NCBI RefSeq assembly: GCF_963853765.1 | Contig: NC_088860.1 | Coordinates: 30,938,001 to 31,002,000 of the forward strand | Direction of reading: 5' to 3' | DNA from: Magallana gigas | Taxonomy: Eukaryota | DNA: 64,000 nucleotides | Part shown: positions 23,424-36,000 of the stretch, piece after piece | Position numbering within the stretch: the first letter of the stretch is position 1 | Layout of the letters: each line of letters begins with the position of its first letter | Position numbers and translations under genes: made by a program | The notes under the pieces: generated by a model | Seen by the model: the letters and a program-made list of their open reading frames with translations, nothing else | The model's database searches: none | Told to the model about the DNA's origin: nothing

Positions 23424-26400
23424 TAGCCCCAGCAATGGTCAGTAGGATGGCAGCTTTTTTGGTTGAAGATGGGAATTTTTTTTGCATAAGTTGATGTAAA
23501 ATTCTATGTTTTTGTCTTGTTTTGAGTGAGTTATTGTGTGTTGCATTGATTTGACTCTGGTGACAAAAATTTGATTTGTTGTAAATGTATGCTTTCCATC
23601 GCAAACTTCATAGTCACTGGGCGTTATATTTGAAAAGCTTGCTTCACATATCAAAATATGGTATATGCATATTAGAGAGGTGTTGTAATCTTTTACTTTT
23701 TGTTTGGTTTGAAGTGTGTTAGCTTGAAAATAAAATGTCTAATTTCTTTATATATTTATGAAAGTAAATTTATAAAGTTTATCCATGTTAAAACACCTAA
23801 GAGCATTGTGGGTTGTAATATTTCACTGGTTATTTTTATATAAACAGTGCATCAGTAATGATGACTGGTGTGTTATGCTTTTTGCCTAGGTTGAGGTTTA
23901 TTTTCTATGCAAAGAAGACATCTGTGTAAACAACTGTTATCAAAAATGTCTTCCCATCATATCTGTGTTTAATTAATCAAACCATTAGTTTACAACATCA
24001 TTCTGCAAATCTGGAGTATTTGGTGCAAAACATGATATTTTTTTTTGATTTTTTTTTTGGCTGACATTTTTCTTGATGTAGATTAAGCTCCTTAATTTTG
24101 TAATTTTTTAATATGAAAAATTTGTTTGAATTATTTTTATTCTGTCATGATTAGCCGTTTAGAAAATGCTGTATTTAGTAAGAATTTGCTTTAGTTGGCA
24201 GATTGGGTCAATACCACACCCTGTAATCTGTTTTCACCACTCTTATTCAACATGAAATAATTGCATGTTAGCATTAATAATTATAACGTAATTAACACTG
24301 TGTATATTACTTTCAATAATTAGTGAAATTGTAAAGTGTACCTGTATACCAGTATATGTTCAAAGTAGACTCATAAATGAAGAGTATGTTAAGTTGTCTG
24401 GAATGACATTGAAGTCCAAGTTAATGTGAATCTGGAATGGAGACAGTGTGTTTGTACTTCATTATTATATAGTTTTCTTTGTCTGGAGTAGACTTGTAAT
24501 AGAATATAAACTTTTTAAAAAAGAATACGGTGTGTAATATATTGTTAAACTTACCACGGAGGGTGTGCGTGAACTGCAATCAAGATTGCTTAATGCTGCT
24601 GGAATATCTCCTGAATAAGTGTTGTATCATTATATTGGAATACCCTTCTGATATGATATCAAGATATATGTTGAACAAGTGTGTGCAAAGCTTGAAAACA
24701 TGTCATGTGGTGATGTTATAGATTTCTAGCAAGATTTTTTTTTTGTTTTTGCAGTTGTTGCTTTTGAAATTCTAGCTATTACAGACTGCCTCACTCACGT
24801 GGACTCTAGTCTATGAAACTGGACTTGTGTAATCAAAGTCTATCCACAGGGCATTTTGACTGAGAGAATTCACAATGTAGGTTACAGTCAGGCAGGCAAG
24901 AGTTGCAGTTACTCCAAAGTGAAAGCTTTTGATCCCAAGGTTCTCCATTTTGTTTGTACCCTCATATATCTATGTTTAATATAATAGACATGTAGTATAA
25001 GTATATGTTGTTTTAATTGTTTTATTGTAAACAATATATCCTTCAGAAATGGCCATAACAGTACGGTGTTAACGATACATGTACATTGTATTTTGGTTAG
25101 ATTAGTTTTTTCGCTCGATTGTTTTTTTCCTTTTTTTTCCCCCACAGCAAAATAAAAAATAAAAAATAATGTGCCATTTCAAAGATATTGAAAAGAGAGG
25201 TATTTATCTGTAGTTTTGTATAGCTATTGGTGCTAAGGATCCTAACTCTGGTGTTATCCACTTAGTGTGACAGTGTATATGTATGTATTATTTTAGCAGC
25301 ATAATATCCTAGTAAGCAATACGCTTGAAAGTGTTTTCTTGGAATTTTTATCCAGTTTTACGGTGATCACGTAGATTACAAAAAGTTTCCAGTACACTTA
25401 ACGGACACAAAAAAAATCCTGAATCTTCTGCAATCATGCTACTGTTAGTTTTGTTGGCCAGATTTGTTAATTGTTCTGAAATACCTTATTAGTAATAGGG
25501 GAAAATGTTATCTAAGGAATGTTTTGTTGAACAAGTCTTGATTAAAGAATTCACTTGCTGAATTGACTGCGTTAATTTCTTTTTTGGGGGCATTGACCAT
25601 AATGAGTGAGAGGTATGAGTGGCCGTTTTGATATCACCCCTTGATAGTTCAACTGCACTGAATAAGGATAAAACAATCCTTATAAAATAAATCTGACAGC
25701 CACTAACGCAAAGACTGTAATTTTATAATGTTTTCTCAGCGGTTGATTATCATACTACAGGTATTTACAAAATCTACAGAACTGAATTTGATAGAAGAAT
25801 CTCCTGACTTGTTCAACTTCAAAGTCATATGTAGTACTGTTTCACCATTGGTAGATCAAGAGAAACTTAAAATTTGCAACATTATAGAACGTTCTATTTT
25901 CTGCACCAAGAGGAAATAACTAGAGATGACACCAACATTTTTTTTTCAGAAGACATGATGATTTGCAGTTAATTAACCCGTTCCCTGGTCGAGTCTTACC
26001 CAGGTCAAACTGAACCTTACAGTTAATCCATTCCCCATATATAATTATGTTAGTCTAACCCAGATCAAACTGTACTTGAGAAGCCAGCTTGTATCTAAGC
26101 TGTGGAGGTCAACTCTTCATAGCCGACTTGTACCTTACAACTTTTTCAAATTAGTTACTGTGCAATGATATCACGCTCACCTTGCACCTTATCATTTACA
26201 TTTGCATTCCATACATTAATTTTTAAAAAGGGGGGGGGGCACTTAAAGTCTTGTAACGCGTCCGTTTTTGATAAATTTCAGACCGACATAAAAATTAAAA
26301 AAATATAAAAACTTGACACCATAAACATTAAACAAATAGTTACTCCCCCTCCCCTTATCCTCAGCCAAAGATAATAATAATCAAAATTTCCTTCTGTATA

Positions 26401-26553
26401 TGTTCCTCATTTATAGAAACATCTATTATGTTTTTCGGAAACTTCTGTCGCATGTCGGCAAATTGAACATCGCTTGGCTTTTTGGCGTCAAGAACTTACG
26501 AAAATTGCTGAACGTAAATCTGATCGGATAAAACCGCGTCTTAACGCATTCAT

Positions 26554-26580
26554 TGACGTCACAATAGTTGTCCAAGGAAC
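26554..26580 (+). promoter_or_regulatory. Perfect CRE (TGACGTCA) next to an imperfect RFX X-box-like motif (GTTGTCCAAGGAAC)
   Basis: Motif matches about 90-115 nt upstream of the ATG at 26671, in a CpG-containing patch. Confidence 0.4.
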
Positions 26581-26670
26581 AACGTAAACTACATCACGTT
26601 TGCTTCAAAATTGAACGTTTGTACGGTACAGTATATTTATACTTATCTAGTGATTTGAAACCGATTTAAA

Positions 26671-28830
26671 ATGGAAAAAGCTTATTGGCGAAGAAAACTG
26701 CCACCAGGTTTTCAGTTTTGGATGGAAAATTTGGGCAGAAGCGTTGTCTATGCACAGCCAGACAATATATACGAGCATGCAGCAAAATACTTGGAAGAAA
26801 AGTTGATGGAGAGAAATATGGCTCTGGAGAGATTGCCAAAGAACTCTTATCTACAAAAACTTGCTCTAAAAAAGAATGGAAGAAAATTGGAAAACGAGGA
26901 AGCAGTATCCAAAGATGACGAAAATGAGGCAATTTTACGAGTGGATGATGCAAAAGCCGACAGTGCACATACTTTTCAAGCGAAAAAACCATCAAGGGAG
27001 CAAAATGCTAAATCTTTGGGTGCAATTACTTCTAAAGACATTCCAAGTTCATCACAACTTCAAAGAACTGCTGGAGATGAGAGTGGTAGGGAAACTCCCG
27101 TTGAAGTCTCAAACGCCGTCGCGAGAACTCTTCAAGTTGCTCAAGAACAAACCGCAGACGATACTGCAGTCATGGAAGAGCAAGCGGAGACCGAAAGCCA
27201 GGAAGATGCCCATGCAAGTCACGAGAAAACTCTGCTGCTCGAATCTAGCCAGGTAAAAGTTTCCGATCAGGATTCAACGAATTGGAAAGGAAGCTCGGGT
27301 ACAAACTCGGACGATGCTCAATCAGTGGCATACTCAGAAGAAAATCAAGATTCTGGTAAAAATGATTTGAAAGATGAAGATATAAAAAACAGCTTTAGTA
27401 AACGAGTTGATGAAGTAGAAAATTTTGTTGCTTCTGACACTGAAAGCACTGCGCAACGAGAGTCTGTAGGTAACACAGAGAAGCCTGCTGATATTACGGC
27501 AACCGCAAAAGAACCGTCTCTATCTGAAGAGGAGTCTGTCGGTCCTCGGGAACCAATGACAGATTCCAGTCCTGCTGTTCCTGCTTCTGAATCTTCTCCA
27601 GTTGTTCCTGTTGCTAAATCTGGTCCAGTTGTTCCTGCTGCTAAATCTGGTCCAGTTGTTCCTGTTGTTGAATCTGGTCCAGTTGTTCCAGCTGTTGAAT
27701 CTGGTCCAATTGTTCCTGTTGTTGAATCTGGTCCAGTTGTTCCTGCTGCTGAATCTGGTCCAGTTGTTCCTGTTGTTGATGCCGGACCAATTATTCCTTT
27801 TGTCGAGGCCGGTCCAGTTGTTCCTGTTGTTGATGCTGGGCCAGTTGTTCCTTTTGTCGAGGCCGGTCCAGTTGTTCCAGTCGCTGAATCTGGCCCAGTA
27901 GTTCCCGCTGATGAATCCGTTCCAGCCGCCGAATCCGGTCCAAAAATTTCAGTCGCTGAATCTGTTCCAGTAGTTCCAGCTGCTGGGTCTGACCTAGTTG
28001 TTCCAGCTGTTGAATCTGGTCCAGATGACAAGGCAGCTGAATCTGTCCCAGTTGTGTCTGCAGACGAGTCTTTCATCGGAGAAGATGAACTGGTTGTTGA
28101 GACCAAAACCATAGCTGAACAGGAATCCTCACAAACGGCAGATACTGCAGACAAAGAGGATAGCAACGAGGAGGAACAGACGGTGGAAGTAGGAGCAGTA
28201 AGCTGTAGCGTGGAAGCCGTCGTTACAACGGAGGAAGATAGCCAGCAAAATTCTGAGGCAAAGGGTGATGAAACAGAAAACGGTGGAGAGGGAGCGGAAC
28301 ATGCCGAGGAGCATCCAATGGAAGATAGGAAAGACTCCCATCAGGCTGTAATGAATCCAGCGGAAAGCGTCGGAAGGGTAGACGATATTGCGCAAATTGC
28401 AGATTCACTAGACATTATTACACACCATGAGGAGGAAGTTAAAGATGGGGTCGAATCTTCGGTGGCTGAATCAGAGCCGTTAGAGAAAGTGGTCCAACCT
28501 TCAGAGGAAACGAAGTCTCCCGCCGTAGGAAAAGGAAGTGGTACCGACACTCAAGGAAAAATCACAGAATCCGCAGAAATCGCCGAAACATCGGGAGAGA
28601 CGGAGGTCGAAGGTTCTGAGGCCAGAGGGGGATCAGGCGGAAATGCATTAAATGCCGCAGTAACCGTAGAGAACGGGGAAAGTAAAATAGGGGATTCTAC
28701 AAATACCGACACGGAGAATCCAACAGAAACCAAACAGGATGCTCCTACAGTGGAAGATCAGTTAACAGAGGATGGTACCACCGCGAGCAAAGAGGATCAC
28801 ACCGCGGAAGTTCCCGCGATGGCGGAGTAG
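26671..28830 (+). CDS. Intronless 719-aa protein: N-terminal RIIa dimerization/docking domain (Sp17/CABYR/ropporin-like), long acidic disordered tail with 9-aa repeats
   Basis: KLPPGFQFWMENLGRSVVYAQPDNIYEHAAKYLEEKL matches the Sp17-type RIPQGF..LLE.L.REILREQPDNI..FAA.YFE.L pattern; 2160-nt uninterrupted ORF; AATAAA at 28990-28995. Confidence 0.88.
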   Translation: MEKAYWRRKLPPGFQFWMENLGRSVVYAQPDNIYEHAAKYLEEKLMERNMALERLPKNSYLQKLALKKNGRKLENEEAVSKDDENEAILRVDDAKADSAHTFQAKKPSREQNAKSLGAITSKDIPSSSQLQRTAGDESGRETPVEVSNAVARTLQVAQEQTADDTAVMEEQAETESQEDAHASHEKTLLLESSQVKVSDQDSTNWKGSSGTNSDDAQSVAYSEENQDSGKNDLKDEDIKNSFSKRVDEVENFVASDTESTAQRESVGNTEKPADITATAKEPSLSEEESVGPREPMTDSSPAVPASESSPVVPVAKSGPVVPAAKSGPVVPVVESGPVVPAVESGPIVPVVESGPVVPAAESGPVVPVVDAGPIIPFVEAGPVVPVVDAGPVVPFVEAGPVVPVAESGPVVPADESVPAAESGPKISVAESVPVVPAAGSDLVVPAVESGPDDKAAESVPVVSADESFIGEDELVVETKTIAEQESSQTADTADKEDSNEEEQTVEVGAVSCSVEAVVTTEEDSQQNSEAKGDETENGGEGAEHAEEHPMEDRKDSHQAVMNPAESVGRVDDIAQIADSLDIITHHEEEVKDGVESSVAESEPLEKVVQPSEETKSPAVGKGSGTDTQGKITESAEIAETSGETEVEGSEARGGSGGNALNAAVTVENGESKIGDSTNTDTENPTETKQDAPTVEDQLTEDGTTASKEDHTAEVPAMAE
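27565..28068 (+). repeat. Coding 27-bp minisatellite (about 19 units, consensus SGPVVPAVE)
   Basis: GAATCTGGTCCAGTTGTTCCTGCTGCT-type units; one 18-bp truncated unit keeps the frame. Confidence 0.93.
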
Positions 28831-30092
28831 TCCTCGTCCCTGTCCATCGAAATATTGTGAATATTGAAAAACTTTGTGGACATGTTTCTTGCCCATTGGT
28901 AATCATACAAATACGACATTTGTTTTTCGTCAATTTCCAGAATCTTAGTATATTTTATCTCCACTGAAAATGGGTAGACATCATACTGAAATAAAAAAGA
29001 AAACATCTAATGGTCTATAAGTTCGCTTTTTTCATGCAATGCACGTATAAATTCCATGCATGTTTGTTAAAATATTTATTATTTTAAATTTAATTACTTG
29101 TTTTTCGTCTTTCTTCAATGTATTTATCATCTTCAGCATGTGTTTAATTAACTATTTTTTAAAAATTCAAATGCATGTATTTTTTACAGTAATAAAGCAT
29201 ATGGGTATTTTTAAAAATGTCTCTATTCTGATAATCAATTCGTACACATGTTTACAAAAGCATTACAGTAAGATTCGAAGCAAAATAGACGATAAAGAAA
29301 TAAAAATTTTATTTCCAAAATATTATTAGGGAAACAAATTTGCTTAAAGTGTTTGATAAATATAAAAGCAATTGATTTTTTATATTAGATTTTTATTAAA
29401 ACTTTGCATGGTCAAAAATAAAATCATTCATTTATGTCGGGAATAAATTTGATTGGGAAGACCTAAGATTGGGCTGTTTTGACCGTTATTGAAGCAGACC
29501 GGTAATTTTTAAATTTGAACATATTTAAGATCAATTTAATGAAGAGTTAGTTGGTTCAAGAGGGGAAGTCAAATATATGTTTTGACTTGGGTCTAGGAAT
29601 AATGATTTGATACTTTAAATGCACGTTACCAAGACGATGGACTTAACAAAAGAAAGTTTGATAAAATTTTTGCAGAAATTGTCATACATTTTCAATGGTG
29701 AAACCGACTTTCTGAATAAAAAAATAAAAAAAATGGTATATAAAACTAAATGAAAATCAATTAAGGTTGTATAAACATCTTGAAGCGATTAATAAAGCTG
29801 TAACTCATTTCTTATAAAACACTTTCATTATCAAGTTAATGTAAAATTAATATTTTTAAAAGTACAGTATGAAAAGTGTTGTAATATTGTAATTATTTTT
29901 GTTAATTTTTTTTTAAAAGCACAAATAATTATGTTAATACAAAGTCTGAAGTCAAATATTTAAAATATTTTCCTCGATGCGAGAAATCCGGAATTTTTAG
30001 CGCGCCCAGTCGTGTTAAATTTTAGCCTGCAATCTCCATATCCGATTTTCTTAAGAACATTTTTTGGAACTGAAACTGGAAAGGGTGAAGAA

Positions 30093-33000
30093 ATGGGTGT
30101 TTCAGAAATCAAAGACGAGTCGGCACTTCAAAGCCTGTTGTCATCAGCCTCAAAGTAAGAACATTCTTTTCTTGAAAGGCATGAATATGAGAGAAAAAAA
30201 TCATTGATTACACGTAAAAGTTTAGATACTGAAAATAATTACGTTTTTTTATCATTAGGGGCTATTCTCTTCAAAGAGAATAATGTTGACATGCATAAGG
30301 GCTTCGCCTTTCAACTTCTCTTAGGCATATAGTTGTCTGTTACAGAACTGAAAATGTTACTTAGTTGGGTGAAGTGAAGCGTCGAATAATTTATATTAAT
30401 TGCAATTCTTTTTGTTAATTTCGTCTATATTGGTTAATATGTAAACGGTGTGACCGTTGGACCGAGCGCAGATTTAACACAGTGCAGTTTGATTTTTGTA
30501 GAACAAAATTTATTTGAAACGCACACAGTAGGATACGCCTGGTTGCCTACTCAAATTATTAGCCAAAGTTTAACTAAACGTCGCGTGCATAGTCTACATT
30601 ATGACGTCATGTTTCAGACGTAAAACGTACACGTTTTGTCATCGGAAATATCCGAAGAGAGTTACGTTATTCCGAACTTTTTTTTATTACTTCTTTCATT
30701 GTTTATCAATTTAATTCAAATAAATGCCGCTGTAAAAAAATGAATACTTTATTTTAATTAGTATCTTAAAGATCAGTTCCTTGATATGAATGTTTTTATT
30801 TTTCATCTGATAATTTGATAAGATATACATAGAACTAGTCGTGTTTCTTGATTGAAGCACTTTTGAAACTTATCTGGTGTCCTTTTTTAGCTCACCGAGA
30901 CGAAGTCAGGGGGAGCTTATGCTATACCCTCGGCGTCGGCGTCGGCTTCGGTGTCGGCGTCGGCGTCCGGACCTGGTTAAAGTTTTTGTTGCAGGTCCTG
31001 TATCTAAGCTATTACTTGTCCTATCTTCACCAAACTTGCATGGATGATGCATCTGGACCTACTTATGGACTTGAAAGACTTGGATGCTGAATCTGAGTCC
31101 TAAATTTCAGATGCTGGAGGAGGTTAAGATTGTTGGACCAGGTTAAAGTTTTTGTTGCAGGTGCCCTTTGATAGCAATATCTAAGTTACTGCAGGTCTGT
31201 ACTTCACCAAACTTGCATGGATGGTGTGTCTTATGATACTGATGCACCAGACAGGCTTGAGTGCTGAATCTGAGCCATAGGTTTCGGATGCTGGAGGAGG
31301 TTAAGGTTTTTGGAGCTGGTTAAAGTTTTTGTTGCGGGTGCCCTCTGATGATTATATCTTAGTTATTACTTGTCCTAACTTCACCAGACTTCCATGGATG
31401 GTGCGTCTTATGATACTGATGCACCTGACAGGTTTGGATGCTGAGTCTGAGCCATAGGTTTCAGATGCTGGATATGGTTAAGCTTTTGGAACAGGTCACA
31501 TGTTTAATAGATAATAGTACTTTTTCAAACTTGCATAGATGATTAAACTGTAGTATGAATGAATCACAGAGGAAGCTTCAGATGCAGAGCTTGATCTCCA
31601 TTATCAAGGATGCTATAAAATATATCTTAGTTATTACAGGTCCTAACTTCACCAAACTTGAATGAATGGTGTGTCTTATGATACAGAGACACCAGACAGG
31701 CATGGATGTTGAATCTGAGCCAAAGGTTGCGGATGCTGGAGCAGGTTAAGATTTTAATTGCTAGTGCCCTCTGATGATGATATCTTAGTTATTACTGGTC
31801 TGAACTTCACCAAACTTTCATGGAGATGCGTCTTATGTATACTGATGCACCTGACAGGCTTTAATGCTGAATCTGAGCCATAGGTTTTGGATGCTGGATG
31901 AGGTTTAGTTTTTTTGGAACATGTCACATGTTTTATAGATGATAGCTTGCATAGTTGATTTAACTATATTATAAATGAAACGCAGAGGTTGCTTCAGATG
32001 CAGAGCCTGATCTCCATTATCAAGGATGCTAAAGAAATCTCCTACCTCACTCAAACCTGCCCGATAGATAGATGTGTTTGTTGATAAATGATATAACATG
32101 ATTCCTATGATATAGTATTGTATGGTATGAAACAATATTGTTTAATATGATACAATATAATATCATATGTAATATTATAAAAAGTTATATGATACGATAT
32201 GATATTGTATAAAAAATTTTTATATTTTATGTTATGATATTGTATCATGATATCGTTATGTATAGTATTGTATATTATGATACAATATTGTATAATATCG
32301 TATCATATGATATTGTATAATATGATATTGGTTTATAATATGATTTATTATCACATCTGATTCACATGAAATTGTATTGTATGATATTGTAAAATATATT
32401 ATTTTATCATATGATACAATATGTATAATATAATATTGTATTATATAATATTTTACTTTATCACATAATATTGTATCATTTGATATGTACAATGTTGTAT
32501 CAAATAACATTGTATAATATGATACAATATCATATTATGTAACAAAAATGATACAGTATCATACAATATTATACTATATTATACAATATAATATCATATG
32601 TTTCAATGTTATGATGTATTATGTAATATGATATTGTAATATAATACTATATTGTTTATTATATTATGATATTGTATTATTAGATCAAATACAATATAAC
32701 GTATAACACAATACAATGTCATATCATACGTTAACAATATCATATCTCATCATTGTTTATTATGGTATTTTATTGTATTATATGATATATGTTGTAAATA
32801 TGATAGGATGCAATATTTGATTTTAAATTATTGTATTGATTAACATATGAACATATGATTATCATACAATTTTTTAACAGATGATAAACGTTATTGTGTC
32901 AAAACAGAATCCATGCATATCCAAGATCATAAAGTATGATTTTCATTTAATATGATAAAGGTGGTCTCATGAAGGTGAAGTCTCATAAGGGTGATGTCTC

Positions 33001-36000
33001 GTCTCGGTGAGCTTTGTAATCTGTGATTACCTATGTTATTACTTTTAATTCAAATTACCTTCTATCGAAACGCCGGAGCATTTTAATCGAGTTTAGGGGC
33101 AATAAACATCGATAAGTACTAGTCAATCAATGATCGAACTAACTTTTTAAAAACAAAATGGCAGCCAATATGGCGGCGCCCAGGGCTGGAAGAAATTTTT
33201 TTTGGCCTTAGTACCCCTGATTCAACTTTCATTTTTCACTGATTTTCTTATATATACGTGTTACCATTAATCCTCGCTTCGCGAGGCGGGCTTCGCACGC
33301 CTCTCGCTGCGCTCGGTATTAATTTCATTCAATCTATTCGTGATTTTGATTGTGTCCTGAAAAATAGAAATGTTTGATTGGGTTGTTAACAGTTTCGATT
33401 AAATTCAGATCTTCAGTATTAAATCTACTGAATGCCGTATCAAGTTAGCTGATTTATTCATTGCACACACAACTTGTTTTTCATATTTTAAAATTTAATT
33501 ACCTTTGTTATGTCTTTGCAGTCAACTGGTGGTACTGCACTTTTCAGCAGCATGGGCTCCTCAATGCAAACAAATGAATGAAGTCATGGAGGAACTATCT
33601 AAAGATTCCCAGTATAATAATGTACAGTTTGCTAAGGTAAAACATTTGTTACTTGTAATTTTTCCTGTCACAATATATTTATTTTCAGCACTGTATTTAT
33701 GAATTTATAAAAACGGTACATGTAACTATATAAACTCTGACTATGATGTAATGATAAAATATAATGGTTTAAACAATCCATTCATGTGCAATTATGGTAT
33801 AGTGTACAAATGGTGTAAAGAAACTTTGATTGCTATTTATATGATAAAGTGTAAAGAAATGTATGGTTTGTAACTTCTAAAGTTAATAAACTACATGTAC
33901 TGGGTAATTTAATATAAATTTGATTTAAATTTTTTATTTTAAAAGTTGGAAGCTGAGGATGTACCAGAAATCTCTGAGAAATATGAAATAACAGCAGTAC
34001 CCACATTTATATTCATCAAGGTAAGGTTTTTAAATCCCATATTTTTGTTTAGAAAGGTTTTCAAATCATATTTTCTCATAATTGATTTTATATCTCTCCT
34101 TATTATGGCACAAATCCATATTTTTTAAGATGTGGCAGATGAATACAGTTAGCTAAAAATAAGGTATATAAGGTAGCTAAACACTTTAAATCTTGTTCAT
34201 AGTGATGTTGATTGCATTGCATGGTATTGATTTAAAACCCGTCATATAATTCTTGGGTCACAGAACAAATCCCAGGTTGACAGAATTGATGGTGCCAAAG
34301 CGGCAGATCTGACAAAAAAAGTAAAGCTCCTGTGTTCAGGACAAGGGGGCGTGCCACCACCAGCGGAAGACAAAAAGCCAATTCAGGTAACTATATATTT
34401 GGTATATCTTGTAAATGTTTCATTTACCAATGACTGAAAATTTGTTTTAAAGAATTTACAATAACTTTCCTTAATAAAAAATCCTCTGGGAAATATTTGA
34501 AGTGTGTTTTAAATCACACCAAAGATTTTTGTTTACATAGTTAACACATTTATTAAAAATGTACCCTGTACAAGTCCCCAGTTTTATCTGTAAATAAAAA
34601 GAATTACATACAAAATACTGCTCAATTTTGTAACTAGAACCAGTATATATATGTTCCTAGGAAACAACTACATGTAAATATATTTTATTGTTTACATAGG
34701 ATTTAAACACCAGGCTGAAAAATTTGATCAACTCTGCACCAGTCATGCTATTTATGAAGGGAGACCCAGAGCAACCGAGATGTGGTCAGTACCAAGACTC
34801 AAGTGTATCCATTACATATTGTCTGAAATATGCTTGTGTTAAAAAAAATGAAATCTTCAAGACTGACAAGGGTTGTAAAAAATTTGCTTTTATATTGTAC
34901 AGGTTTCAGTCGGCAAATCACACAGCTACTGAAAGAACGAGGAATCAAGTTCAGTTCTTTTGATATCCTGCAAGATGAAGAAGTCAGACAAGGTTAGCAC
35001 AAAATACTTCTTTGCTATTCAAATGAGCGTAGGAAATCATGTTGCCATCTCCTTGGAGATTCACAAAAAAAGTTGTAGAATTGTAAACTACAAAAAATAA
35101 TAACTTTTTATAAATAAATGAATAGTTATAAATTAAATGGCAGTTTCATTCATGATGATTTTTCTTGTATTTTTCTTGCAAGTACTTGTGATAAAGTAAT
35201 GTTAGATATACTGGTATGAGTAAATAGTCTCGGGTGTTTTATAAGGATTGAAGACATATTCCAACTGGCCCACATATCCACAACTTTATGCAAATGGAGA
35301 GCTGATAGGAGGGGTGGACATTGTGAAGGAACTAATCGAGTCCGGGGAACTGGAGGCCCAGCTACCAAAACAAACCAGTCTGGAAGACAGGTGCACTCAT
35401 AACTAAATCTCATTTTCTAAATTTGCAATTATTTTTTTTTGGATGAACTGGACCAACTGAAGAGCAAAATGTTTATATCTGCAAGAACTTTCTCTAAGGT
35501 CAAGAGGCCATCCATCATTTTTCTACATGTACATTTGCTTAGATTTAGATTTACTGTGTAACTAGACATTAAAACAAACCAATGTGCTTTTACCCTGTAT
35601 TCATGAGGAAGAAACGTTGAAGTGGAGAATTTTATAATGTACGCATTGCTTTCATCCTCTTCACTTCATACATTTATGAGAGATCAAACCATTTAAAATG
35701 AAAAGGGGTGGCTGTTAATTTAACCATTCCACTCAAAATGATTCCAAACTCTTCAGTTGCTTTACATGATAAAGAAACAAACATAACAAATGCTTTACTA
35801 CAATAAGATTTACCTGTACTTACTAAAAGAATATTGTTTGTCTTGTAAAATTTTAGATTGAAGGGTCTGATCAACAAATCAGATGTCATGTTATTTATGA
35901 AGGGTGATCCCGACACCCCCCGCTGTGGATTCAGTAAGCAGACGACAAGCATACTGGCTGATACTGGGTAGGTGTGAAAACAATGTACAAAGTGAATTTC

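Noticed and set aside
27345-28166. 273-aa minus-strand ORF and the 27602-27901 alternate-frame Leu-rich ORF
   Set aside because: Shadows of the 27-bp coding repeat in the 719-aa gene; composition follows from the repeat.
33158-33210. ATGGCAGCCAATATGGCGGCG as the GLRX3 start (resembles human MAAGAA)
   Set aside because: The frame stops without a donor; exon 30093-30154 splices in phase to exon 2 and gives the expected Trx N-terminus.
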